Shown: positions 1 to 10,579 of the stretch, one piece after another
Position numbering within the stretch: the stretch's first letter is position 1
Layout: each line of letters opens with the position of its first letter
Assembly (NCBI GenBank): GCA_021432655.1
Contig: MU271294.1
Location: 58,184 to 78,183, forward strand
Reading direction: 5' to 3'
DNA length: 20,000 nucleotides
DNA from: Atractiella rhizophila
Lineage: Eukaryota
Translations under genes and position numbers: made by a program
The notes under the pieces: generated by a model
Told to the model about the DNA's origin: nothing
Database searches by the model: none
The model's input: the letters and a program-made list of their open reading frames with translations, nothing else

Positions 1-616
1 CCCCAAGCCCGTTTTAGCCCTCTCTCGACTCTAGGGAACTTGCTTCACCGTAGACATCGCAATTCAACCGCGAAGCGTAGTAAGGCGCGTGATGGCGAAG
101 GAGGTGGATTGTGGTTCAGATGGAGTCAGGAAGGAGGTCAGAAAAGAAGTCTCTGCCAACCCATTCGCCCATCCCACTCGAGCCGCCGTCTTTCGCCGCC
201 TCACCCTTCTCTGGCCCTTCACTATTGGCTATTCCCCCCTCCACCAATCCTTCCACCTTCTCTCGCAAAATGGGCATCTAAAATCAACCCAAAGCATGAG
301 AGTCACATCAAATGGTGAAAATGGTGGACAGAGGGGACGAATTCGGTCGGTGATCGCAGAAGGACGTGAGAAGGACCGTTGCGGCGTCTCTTCTACTCCT
401 TTTCGACCTCTGCCATCTCTCTTTGCTGCACTTAGCCTCTGCGCCAAGGTTCGCCTGTCATTTCGCATTCCGCCAACCCCTCTGCCTTTTTCGCACGCTA
501 GCCTCGTTGGGGCTTTCCTTTCTGCTGGCAGTGTATTCCCTTTCTCCCTCTCTTTCCTTGCCGCAAGTGCCCTAACTGACATGCGCACTAGGCCCATACC
601 TCCGTTTTCTGCTCTT

Positions 617-3102
617 CTCACTCCACGTCCTTTCGCACTCCACTGTCGCTCATGGGCTGCATCAAGCCATGAGCGCTCGGAAGTCAGACGTCGAACGTGG
701 ACTTGAGGTTGAATGTCGAATAGCAGGGAGGGCAGATGTGACAAGGGGATGTCAGATGGCCGCGTCGCACTTTCTTCACACTTCTGTTCGGACTCCCTCG
801 CCATCTCTCACCCTGCTATGCCTCTCCCATGTTCCATGCCGCTTCTCTCTCCCACCTCATCCTGCGTCTTCCATCCCACTCCGGCTCGCACTCCATGGAT
901 TACCTTCCACTGGCGCTTGCTTCGTGACACCAAGGTCAACAATGAAATACCTGATGAAGAAAGAGGAGTGCAATGGGGACAGTGTTGGATCATGGGCCAC
1001 AAGAGAATGTCTAGGTCGGCCGCTCTCTCATGCTCCTAAACGTCTGCCCTCTGACCCTCTTGTCTCCCACTCCTGACTCGAACATCACCTATATTCTCGC
1101 TGAGATGCAAGTGACTTCCGCTCCGTCTGCCATCCTGTTGCTAACTGCCCTATCTCTCCCAGCCCTATCTAGCCTTTCCTCTTACAATCAGATCATTACC
1201 GATGAAGCATCAATATCAGAGCATTCTGCTCTGGCTCTCATTTGAATTGCATTGTAATTTAGGTACTAGTATTGCAAACGATTTCTTACATATGTGACCT
1301 CCTGTGGCACTATCTGGTAGTCAAATGCTTGAGAACTAAACCTTCACTGTCCGGACCCCACTTCCACCCAACACCATTCTGATCTGTCCTAATCGCAACG
1401 GTCGCCTAATCCATCGACTCCCACGAACAGTTTTGCGATCTCCATCCTCACGATCGTGGTGTCTGATCATCGCGCCGAGCGAGAAATGGCTGGACAACAT
1501 GCTGATGCGAGACGCTCTTCTCCCTTCTCTTTGTCCGTTTAACATGAATTCGTGGTCTTTAGTCCAGCATGTTATCTCGCAGAATGATTTCACAGGCGGA
1601 TGATCAGGGAACAGAGTCAATCGCACAGGTCCATCTCATCACCCCAGTAAGGCCACGACATGGCAGTCTGCTTCATCTATCCATTCTTCCCTCTTTCCTT
1701 TCTCGCCTACCTCCGTCAATTCACACGCTCCGGATCACATTTGTCTCATCCCTTCGATTCTGGAGGTTCAATTATGGGGCCGCGACATCATCGAACTTCT
1801 CCCTGGCAGGTCTCCAAAATGAAGTCGAACCAGTCCCACTCCACCTCCTATCGCACTCCACCGGCCCACCCGCCTCCACCAAGCCCGTGGCTCAGAAGTT
1901 GGACTCGGAGTGGAGGTTGAACGTTCGAAAGCGAAAGGGGGAGGAAGAAGTGATAACGAGTCCATAGTCAAGATGGGATGTCGGAGATACGCATCACACT
2001 TTGTCTCGTCGTTACGTTCGCACTCCCTTGCCATCCCTCGTCATCCTATGCCTTCCTCGTGTCCCCATGCCGCCGTCCTACTCCCTCTCCCACCCCATCC
2101 CCTCCTTCTGTTGCACTCTGGCTTGCACTTCATGGCTCCTTTTCCACCGACGCTTGCTTCATGACATTGAGGGCAACAACGAAATGGCTGATGGAGAAAG
2201 AGGAGGGCAAAGTGTGCAGTGTTGCATCAGGGACCACAAGTGGACATCTAGGTTGGCCCTTCCTCATGCTCCTGAGCCTCCTCCTCCATCCCTCTTGTCT
2301 CCCGCTAATGACTCAAGTGTCATCTATGTTCTCGCAAATTGTTTCTTCTGCCTCCTCTGTCATCCAGATAGGCAACTGCCGTCCATAACTGTCCCCGCCT
2401 ATCTAGCCTTCCTTCTCACAATCAGATCATTACGGGATGAAGCATCAATATCAGAGCGTTCTGCACTAGCTCTCGTTTGATTTGCAGTGTAATTTAGGTA
2501 CTATATTGCAAAGGACTTTTACATATTTTAGGACTTCCTGTAGCACTATCTAGTAGTCAAGTGCTAGAGAACTAAAGCCTTCAACGTCCGGACGCCAACT
2601 TCCACCAACACCATCCTAATCCGTCCTAATTGCAACGATCGCCTAATCCATCGACTCCCACGAACAGTTCCGGGATCTCCATCCTCACGATTGTGCTGTC
2701 TGATCATTGCCCCGAGAACGTCGAGATGGCTGAACAACGCGCTGATGTGCTGCAGGCATGATATGATCTTTCCCCTGCCCTTGCCTCGTTTAACATGAAT
2801 TCGTGGGCTTCAGTTCAGCGTATCTTCTCTACGAAGGATTGAGAAGGAAACATTGATTTCACGGGAGGATGATCAGGGAACAGAGTCTATCGCACTGGTC
2901 CATCTCATCACCCCAGCAGAATTAACATATGGCACTCCGATCTACCTCTCCATTCTTCCCTCTTTCCTTTCTCGCCTACCTCCATCAATTCACATTCTCC
3001 GGATCACATTTGTTTTGCCTCTTGACGTCTGGATGGAGGATTATGGGCCGTCGAAATCATCCTACTTCTCCGTGGCAGGTCTCGAAAATGAAGTCGAACC
3101 AG
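617..3102. repeat. Diverged tandem duplication: copy 1 ~617-1833, copy 2 1834-3102
   Basis: Colinear matches, e.g. cactccac-n-tcct-n-tcgcactccac at 619 and 1837; gatgaagcatcaatatcagagc at 1201 and 2436; gcctaatccatcgactcccacgaacagtt at 1404 and 2641. Both copies end with gaagtcgaaccag (1833 and 3102). Many substitutions and indels. Confidence 0.9.
1584..1833 (+). pseudogene. 5' fragment of a paralog of the F-box-like gene, truncated at the duplication junction
   Basis: MISQADDQGTESIAQVHLITP...LSILPSFLSRLPPSIHTLRITFV...LQNEVEP aligns to the first ~83 aa of the 2853-4547 ORF. Similarity stops at 1833. Confidence 0.85.
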
Positions 3103-4547
3103 ACGGTGCAGTGATTCTTTGGATTGGTTCGGAGGAGGAAAGTATTACGGTAGCTTTTGGTGATACCAAACGTTGTGCATCCGTTGAATTTGAGGGCCTG
3201 TATCGGAAGCCCTTCACATGCACTTTTCATCTTCCAGATAATCGCTCTCAGGTCCTCTTTGAACCCGTTGCCCTATACTCCAAGGAGCAACTGCGTTTCA
3301 TTCCTCTCAGCGAATGGGAGGAATCAACCATCCCATCCACCGGTCTGGGGACAACCATCCAACTCTCGCTCTCCACAACTCAACTTACAGGTATTAGTCC
3401 ATGCAGTATGACGCACCTTCCTCCTGAGATCCTCTCACTCATCTTCGAGTTTCTTTCATTCGATGAAGATCAAAGCCTCATAGCTGGTCTTGGATATCTC
3501 GTTTCCTTCGAGCGACTTTCTGACGTCTGTCAGCTTTGGAAGGCTGTTTCAGTCCCATATTTCAGTAAACATGTCCCTCTGAGGGAGTTACACGCTCGTT
3601 TGACAGCTAATCCTAATGCCGGGCATTTGCGGACATCCCTCTCATTTGGTGGAGGTGGCATCAGCGTTGAGACGGCCAAAGACGTCATCGCGGGGTCGCC
3701 AAATGTGACGGAGGTGTGGATGGATGCATTGTGGAATGAAGAGGAGGCGAAGATTGTGTTGCATGCGATTGAAAGCTTGAGGAAGTTGGATTACATATGC
3801 TTTAAAGGGGAAAGTTCGAGAAAGTGGAAGAAGGACGAGGTTGAGAATTTTATGTTGAGGATGGGTGACAGGATCAGTTTCTTCGGTGCTTATGACGTGG
3901 AGGACTCTGTCTCGTCGCCATCACTAGGCCTTCGATTATCATCTAGCCTCAACTCCCTAGAGCTTCACACATACCCACCTCTCCCATCGCTCTCCCTCCC
4001 ACTCACCCTCACGTCATTGGGTCTCTCCAATCTGTGTCCCCTTCCTCCCTCCATCTCAGGCTCCTGTCTACCCCCTCTTCTAGATTGGCTCAAGATCACC
4101 CTTGCCCCCTACTCGCCTGATGGAAAGACCTCCATCCTACCCAGTCCATTCGACTTTTCACACCTCAAACATCTCACTAACCTCTACCTCGACGGCGGTG
4201 AGGAAACTTCAAACCTCGTTTCCCCCCAAGTCTTCCACACCCTCAGAAATGCAAAAGGGATAGCAGAAATAGATGTTCGGTACTGTGTGGTGGACTGGGA
4301 ATTCACAGGGTTCGTATTCTCAGACTTCATCTGCTGGTTCTTTGGGGACAGGGGGGTGAAGGAGGAGGGGGATAAGGAGGATGGAGCTGAAAAGGTGAAG
4401 TCGACGAGAGGACGCGAGTTGAGGGTTCAGCTATTCTTTGGAGGGTGGCTTGAGGACGAGATACGCAAGGCTAGGAGCACGTTGAGTGAGTTTGAGGTTA
4501 TCGAGGGGGGTTGGAAGATATGGATTCGGGAGGGTGGAGAGGAGTGA
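2853..4547 (+). CDS. F-box-like protein with Leu/Pro-rich (LRR/RNI-like) C-terminal region; true start uncertain
   Basis: Uninterrupted 564-codon frame. F-box-like motif MTHLPPEILSLIFEFL...LSDVCQLWK, then LxxLxL repeats (LNSLELH, LTSLGLSN, LTNLYLDG). The frame opens on TTG, so the start may be an upstream exon (ATG 2795) or a later ATG. Confidence 0.75.
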   Translation: MISREDDQGTESIALVHLITPAELTYGTPIYLSILPSFLSRLPPSIHILRITFVLPLDVWMEDYGPSKSSYFSVAGLENEVEPDGAVILWIGSEEESITVAFGDTKRCASVEFEGLYRKPFTCTFHLPDNRSQVLFEPVALYSKEQLRFIPLSEWEESTIPSTGLGTTIQLSLSTTQLTGISPCSMTHLPPEILSLIFEFLSFDEDQSLIAGLGYLVSFERLSDVCQLWKAVSVPYFSKHVPLRELHARLTANPNAGHLRTSLSFGGGGISVETAKDVIAGSPNVTEVWMDALWNEEEAKIVLHAIESLRKLDYICFKGESSRKWKKDEVENFMLRMGDRISFFGAYDVEDSVSSPSLGLRLSSSLNSLELHTYPPLPSLSLPLTLTSLGLSNLCPLPPSISGSCLPPLLDWLKITLAPYSPDGKTSILPSPFDFSHLKHLTNLYLDGGEETSNLVSPQVFHTLRNAKGIAEIDVRYCVVDWEFTGFVFSDFICWFFGDRGVKEEGDKEDGAEKVKSTRGRELRVQLFFGGWLEDEIRKARSTLSEFEVIEGGWKIWIREGGEE

Positions 4548-4973
4548 CACTGAAGATTCTCATATTTCCCCCTTGTGTTCTAAAGGAGACATTCAGATGA
4601 AGGTGCGATGTTCACAACACTCCAGGCTCTAACGTAGCATTGAAAATGGGTGACTAGAGACAGGCAGGAGTTGATAGCTGAGCCAGGCTGTGGTGTCCAC
4701 GCCGCACGGCCCACGTTAGGGACGATTCCCCTATCTGTTCAACTTATCACACACTCACTGACACTGGTGTCCCTTGTCCTCACCGATTGTGACGAATCTT
4801 CCGGCCTCGTTTGTACCCAGTCTTTACACACTGTTGACTTCCAATGCGATTAAAGTCATAGCCATGCCATACTTCGTGGAGTGCTCAGTTCCTTAACGTT
4901 TATCGCCTGGTTCTTCGGTGATAATGAGGGAATACGGACACTGATGACGGTGGATGGTAAGAGGAGTTGAAAT

Positions 4974-5390
4974 TGTTGAAGAGGGCTGAGGAGGTCGGTT
5001 TGAGACGAGGACAATACGAAGGTCACCTTTCGCTTACCCTAGGGCAAGGAAATAATCTTTGTCAGGTCGATCTTTGGAAACATTTTGAATGAGATTTTGG
5101 CTTGGGCTAAAATGTCCCCAATCATACAAACGTGAGCACGATGAAATAGATGATAAAGTGATTGATTGCAATGCATACAAACATACCTAAAATGTCCCCA
5201 ATCACACAAACGTGAGCACGATGAAATAGATGATAAAGTGATTGGGGAAAGACGGAAGAGACTTCGCAGGTGTTCCTTTATAGTACCGGTCTTGCGGTGA
5301 AGTGCCACATGTTTGCCTCTGCTTCGGAACGCGCGGCAAACACGGCAAACACCGATCACGTCCCGTTGTTTTCATAACCCATTTCCAACA
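4974..5390 (-). repeat. 3' LTR of the copia element (~417 bp if the distal end is right)
   Basis: On the minus strand TGTTGGAAAT starts at 5390 directly after the PPT. TATAAA at 5282-5277. Matching terminal TGTTG on + at 4974. The distal end cannot be confirmed without a second LTR or TSD. Confidence 0.65.
5107..5244. repeat. 58-bp direct repeat x2 (5107-5164, 5187-5244), 22-bp spacer
   Basis: ctaaaatgtccccaatca(t/c)acaaacgtgagcacgatgaaatagatgataaagtgattg occurs twice with one mismatch. Confidence 0.95.
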
Positions 5391-5399
5391 CTCCCCCTC
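5391..5399 (-). other. Polypurine tract (PPT)
   Basis: Minus-strand GAGGGGGAG overlapping the pol stop TGA and immediately preceding TGTTG. Confidence 0.9.
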
Positions 5400-8300
5400 A
5401 CTTCACCGCACCACCATCCTCCATTCCCTCCAAACCGTCACGTCTACCCATAGCCGAATTGGTGGTCGTGTATTCCTCATTTCCGACGAGTCCCATGAGC
5501 GCACAGAAACGCCAGTGAATCGTCGCAGCAAGACCCTTCGTCAACACATCCGCAACTTGGTGCCTTGTCGGTATCCATTCTAGAAGGACGGTCTCATCCT
5601 CAACGCGCTCCCGTGTAAAATGGTAATGTACTGCAATATGCTTGGTCCTTCCGTGTGCGACAGGGTGTGATGCAAGACGTATCGCTCCTTGATTGTCACC
5701 TCGAATGAGAGTAGGCTTCGTCGTGGGGTATCCCAGATCCGTAAGCAGCCTTCTCAGCCAAACGGCCTCCCGAGTCGCCACTGACATGGCTACGTATTCA
5801 GCTTCTGTAGATGATACCGCTACCGACATCTGGCGTTTCGAAATCCAAGAGACGGCTGCGCCTGCATTGCGAAAGAGGACGCCTGATACGGATCGACGTG
5901 TGACGGGGTCTGCAGCGTGGTCGGCGTCAACGAATGCGTCCAGGCACGGTAGCAGAGAAGCGTAACCGTCGTAAACCAGCCCATGGTCCAGCGTACCCGC
6001 TACATATCGGTACACCCTCTTCACAGCTTGCCAATGGCCCATCCCCGGATTATCGCAGTACCGCGCAACCTCCGAAACGGCGTACGAGATGTCAGGACGT
6101 GTGCATGCAGACAGGTATATAAGGGCCCCGACTGCTTCCCTGTAAGGCACTCCACGCATGCGTTCCTTCTCAACTGACGAAGCGGGAGATAGGTCAGGAG
6201 ACAGTCGCTTGTTCGCTTCACATGGCATCTGCACGGGAGAGACTGAGTCGCCAAGGTATTTCCTAACAATCTTCATCGCATAACCCTTCTGATGAATCTT
6301 GACACGCCTTCCGCCGTCCTCTCCTTCAATTTGGATCCCAAGGAATACAGACGCTGGCCCAGCTCGCAGTTTGAAGAATTCTTCCAGGCGACGGAACACT
6401 TCTTCGATAAGTACTCCAGAGCTCCCAACCACAAGACCGTCATCGACATGTAGGCAGATGATCACGACGTCATTCTCTCTCCTCATCACATATACCCCGT
6501 AGTCAGCCGTCGTCTGTTGAAATCCCAACTCCGTAAGGACTCCCTTCATCTTTTTCCACCATTGACATCCTGCTTGACACAGTCCGTACAGGGCCTTCCC
6601 CAACTCATAGACTTCCTTCGGTCGTTCAGCGTCCACGAAACCAGGTGCTTGTTTCACGAACACCTCCTCCTCAATGTCTCCATTCAGGAACGCATTGCTG
6701 ATGTCGAATTGGCGGCGTACCCATCCCTCCTGCGCAGAAATGGACAACACCGCACGGACAGATGCCATGTGAACCGTAGGTGCCCATGTTTCCTTATAGT
6801 CCACCCCTTGCATTTGCTGATCACCTCGTACCACTAGTCTAGCCTTGTATTTCACCACCTCCCCGGCAGGATCCCGCTTTATCAACAGCACCCATTTTAC
6901 TCCTAGTGCCTTCCTTCCTGGCGGCAATTTTCTCAGTCCCCCTTTCCAAGTCCCCATCGCCTCTAGCGCCGCGAGTTCCGCTACCATCGCTGCAATCCAA
7001 CGGTCCCGATCAGGTCCCGCCACTGCCTCCTTGAAAGATGGTTCGTCCATGTTTCCTGTCCAGTAGACTTGCTCATTGTCGTCCTCCTCCTCTTGGCCGT
7101 GTGTCAATTTGAAGGCCTTCGGGTTCCGTCGAACCTCAGCCACCAGCTCCATGACGGGTCCGTTCATGTCCTCTCCCCCATATATCTGGGTGTAGTAAAC
7201 CCCTCGCTCATGCAACTTCTTGTAGTCCCATGCCGGTCTTCCTGCGTTACGCGCTCCTCTTCCCCATCTCTTCTGCCTGTATGGCGAAAAACGCGCTCGC
7301 TCCTCCTCATCTGCTATCGCTTTCCGGATCGTTTCCTCAATATGAGACACTTTCTCCTTTACGAACGACGCATCCTCGTCTGGTGGAAGTAGCGCTACTG
7401 GTGGCGGCGCGGTCGTGTCTTCACGGTTCTCTGGTTGCACATTCGCCCGTTTTCGTGTCAAGGTCGGGGAAGGAGGCATGATCAGGTCATCATCGACACT
7501 CTGGCCGTCGTGTTCTACTCCAGTGGTGTCCAACGGTTCGCTTGGCGTCTCTATCCTTTTTCCCCCAAGCTCCCCCTCAAGAGGACTCCGTGCAGCTACC
7601 CCTGTGCTCTCCTGCGGCAAAAACATAGGTAAGAAGTCTTCTGGTTCCAATCTCCGTATCCGCTCCGTTTCTCGCTCACTCCTATTCGTGTAGAACTGGT
7701 CTTCGAAAAATCGCGCTGACTTCGCCTCCACTATTCTTCGTTTCATGGGGTCCCAGAATCTCCAACCGTACCCATCCGCAACATACCCCACGAAGTACAT
7801 CAATTTCGCACGAGGAAGTAATTTGGAGTCGCGTTGCTCTGGCATAATCGTAACCGCAGCCATGCAACCGAAAACCCTGATGTGAGTGGTGTCTGGTTTC
7901 TTCCCGTGAAACGCCTCATATGGTGACTGATTTCCTTTATTCCCTTTCGTAGGCATGATGTTTTTCATGTACACGGCGACTCTCAATGCTTCATACCATA
8001 GATATAATGGTAGTCCCGATTCGAGGAGAAGACATCGAACGATATTGAAGAGGGTATACCACTGACGTTCCCACAGTCCTCCTTGGTCGTGTGCGTAAGC
8101 CATGGTCTTCATAGATGCAATGTTATGCTTATCGCACCAATCTTTCATCGCGTATGACATGAACTCTGTCGCCTGATCGTGCCGTATCTTCCTTAAGCTC
8201 ACATCCAGGTCTCGTTTTATGGCTGCTCGTATTCCTTCCAGCAATCATGGCGCCTCAGACTTCAGCTTCATTCCTCCAACTATCATATACCTTGATGCTT

Positions 8301-10530
8301 CGTCGACTGCACCAAAGACGTATCGAAACCCCTGAATGCTTGACAATGCAGCCGGCCCCCACGTATCGAATCCTAGCGTTTTTCCCGGAGTTTGCTCCCT
8401 TAGGTTCGCAGGACCTTTACTTTTCGTGCACGTTGCCTTCCCTCTCGCACAAGTCATACACTGATTTAAGTGCGTTGCATTGCAGGTACCCTTTATTTGA
8501 GACTTTGACAAGATTTCATGCTTGATGGCCAAGCGGAGCCGTTCGTTGCTTGGATGACCTAACCGCTGGTGCCAGACACGAATAGGCACTGCGACGAATG
8601 CGGCGTGAGGATTTTGGTCTGGGGGCATTGGAGCAGGAAGGTAACTCGCCTGCAATGTGATGAGCGTTCGACCGATAGAAGCCGTTCCGAACATCTTCCC
8701 ATCCTTTCCATGCAAGTAGACCCTTTTTGTGTCATTCTTGAACTGCACTCCAGCTTCCATCAAGATCTTTGATGAAATGAGATTCACGCCTAACCCCGGT
8801 GCGTAGTAGACGTTTCTTATCACCCCAACGCTCGTTGTCCCGTCGTCGAGTGTGAACGCAGCTTTGAGGTTACCGATCGCTGTGGCGAAACCCTTGGAAC
8901 CCCAAGCACCCTTGATGCCAATTGGTTTATCGAGCTCCTTGAAATCGTGCAATAGCCATGGACATACAGTGAGGTGAATTGAGGCGGCGCTGTCCAGGTG
9001 GAAGGGTCGCATCGTACCTTCGACCTGTTCTCCGTCACTTATTCCGGCCATCAACGCGAATCCTTCGCATTCGGGGTCGAAATTCTCGATCTCTGAGGGA
9101 CTCAAAGTGTCAAGGTCGAAGGATGTAAAGTAGGCTCCGAAGTCGACCACTTCCAGCCCATCATCATCCTCGACTTCCGCCATATAAACTCCCACTGATT
9201 GGTCATAGTCTGAGACCACATCCAACTGCTCGTTATACGGCTTCCCCGTCGCAGGATTGTTGTCCGTTGCGCGTATCGGGTTTGCATGTTGATCATCTGC
9301 AACTGTAGCGATGAGGACATGGAGTTCGTTTCGTGGAATCTCGATGTCGTACTGTTTAAAAACAGCAAGGAGGGAGGCAGCCTGTTGCTTCCTATTGAGG
9401 TTGCAGTTCCGTCCAAAATGGCCGTCCTTCCCGCAGTGGTAACATTGCCGCGCTCCCAATCGAAATTGTCCCCTTTCAGTCGTCCCATGAGGCCAATTTC
9501 CCCAATTTTTGATCGTCCTGGCATTGGGCGCAATCCTGTTGATCAATGGACGTTGTGAACGGCCATCATTGCCGTCCCTCTTCTTTCCCGCGTTGTTCGA
9601 GGACGCGGTCTGCTGGGGTGAAATCCTGGCGACGAGTGCGACGTCTTTGCCTCCTGATCTATCCTCCTCCCTATTCCTCAAAGCCAATTCTTCTGCCGTC
9701 AGCCGGTTCACAACAGATGCGAGATCCGCTTGGTTGACTCCTGTTGAGGACAACCACCTTCTGGTTTCTTCTCGCAATCCATTGACGAGGGTATACGAAA
9801 GGAGGGTATCGCTGATCGTCAGTTCGTCCTGGGACTCGTTGAATATTCTTCTTCGCTCGTGCAATTTTGCGATCCATTCGATAAGGCTAAGATTACTCGA
9901 CTCGTGGGTGAAGTTCGTGAATTGTCGCAACAGGTGTGCCGTGTCAGCGAATTCCTTGGTCTCGTATTTGTCCTTCAGAATCTTTATGGCCTTCACCGGA
10001 TCCACCTGGTCTTCGATGAACACCCTCGCCGTGTCTCCCACAGATTGTTTCAAGACCATCATCGCAACTGCCGCCATGCGTCTCCAGTTCGACAAAGCCT
10101 TGATGAACGCCGTATTCTCCTCATCCGTTGGACTCTTTATCTTCGGAGTTTGACCCTTGGACATCATCTCTTGCATCTGCGTCACCGTCAGCCCTTCCTC
10201 AGACATAGGGCTGACTGGTTCCGTCACGATGCCATCCAGCAGAATCCCCACGTTGTTCGCGTCGAGGATGGACTTCAGAGAGCGGAAGAATCTGGTCGAA
10301 TTTTGGAGAGTGAGAGGAGGGATCTTCCCATTTGCAACAATGGTCTGCACTGATCCCGTTGGGAGGTTTATTTCGGACGCAATTTTCGCGGAAGATGAAA
10401 CGGAGTATGGGACAGTCGAGGTCGTGAATAATGGTGCCTCCTCTGTTCCTGGGGTCGAGGCTCCTGTCCCGAATGGATCTCTCCTCCCTGAGGTAACTCC
10501 TGTTGGCGTGGTACTTCCTTCCGTAGCCAT
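5398..10530 (-). pseudogene. Copia gag-pol polyprotein interrupted by one in-frame TGA at 8247-8245
   Basis: ATG 10530 (MATEGS). Zn knuckle CYHCGKDGHFGRNC (~9444-9403). Protease FHLDSAASIH (~9000). Pre-integrase WHQRLGH/CMTC. Integrase DTWGP...HDQATEF...ERQW. RT YKARLVVRG, FDISNAFLNG, LHVDD. RNase H FVDADHA, SSTEAEY, DNQGAI, ADVLTK. The two ORFs in the track are in the same frame. Confidence 0.93.
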
Positions 10531-10579
10531 CTTTGATGTGATGTTACTATCACTTGTTAAGCCGATGCACAAGAAAACA

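Larger units (their letters stand above)
4974..10555 (-). mobile_element. Ty1/copia LTR retrotransposon, 5'-truncated (no 5' LTR/PBS)
   Basis: Domain order gag-PR-IN-RT-RH is diagnostic of copia. PPT followed by TGTTG-starting LTR at the 3' end. Both outer boundaries are approximate. Confidence 0.95.

Noticed and set aside
40..1245. Overlapping ORFs of 60-205 aa on both strands
   Set aside because: No recognisable domains, low-complexity pyrimidine-rich DNA, and frames are not preserved in the duplicate.
1217..1270. Helitron 3' end (CAGAGCA-TTC-TGCTCTG hairpin then CTAGT)
   Set aside because: The hairpin is ~30 nt from CTAG, neither feature is conserved in copy 2, and homology continues across the site.
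5039..5125. Peptide KISFKMFPKIDLTKII resembling KISNRINPRMDLLKVL at ~15835-15885
   Set aside because: Only 16 residues and no extended similarity, so it cannot be told from chance.
5107..5244. CRISPR-like repeat-spacer-repeat
   Set aside because: Only two units, 58-bp repeat, eukaryotic LTR context, no cas genes.
5372..5379. GGTTATGA as a tRNA-Met half PBS
   Set aside because: It lies inside the 3' LTR after the PPT and does not continue as GGTTATGAGCC.
5398..8244. Separate pol gene starting at 8244
   Set aside because: It starts at TTG right after the in-frame stop, in mid-integrase. It is part of one polyprotein.
5693..9560. Many short ORFs overlapping gag-pol
   Set aside because: Shadow frames of the retrotransposon polyprotein.
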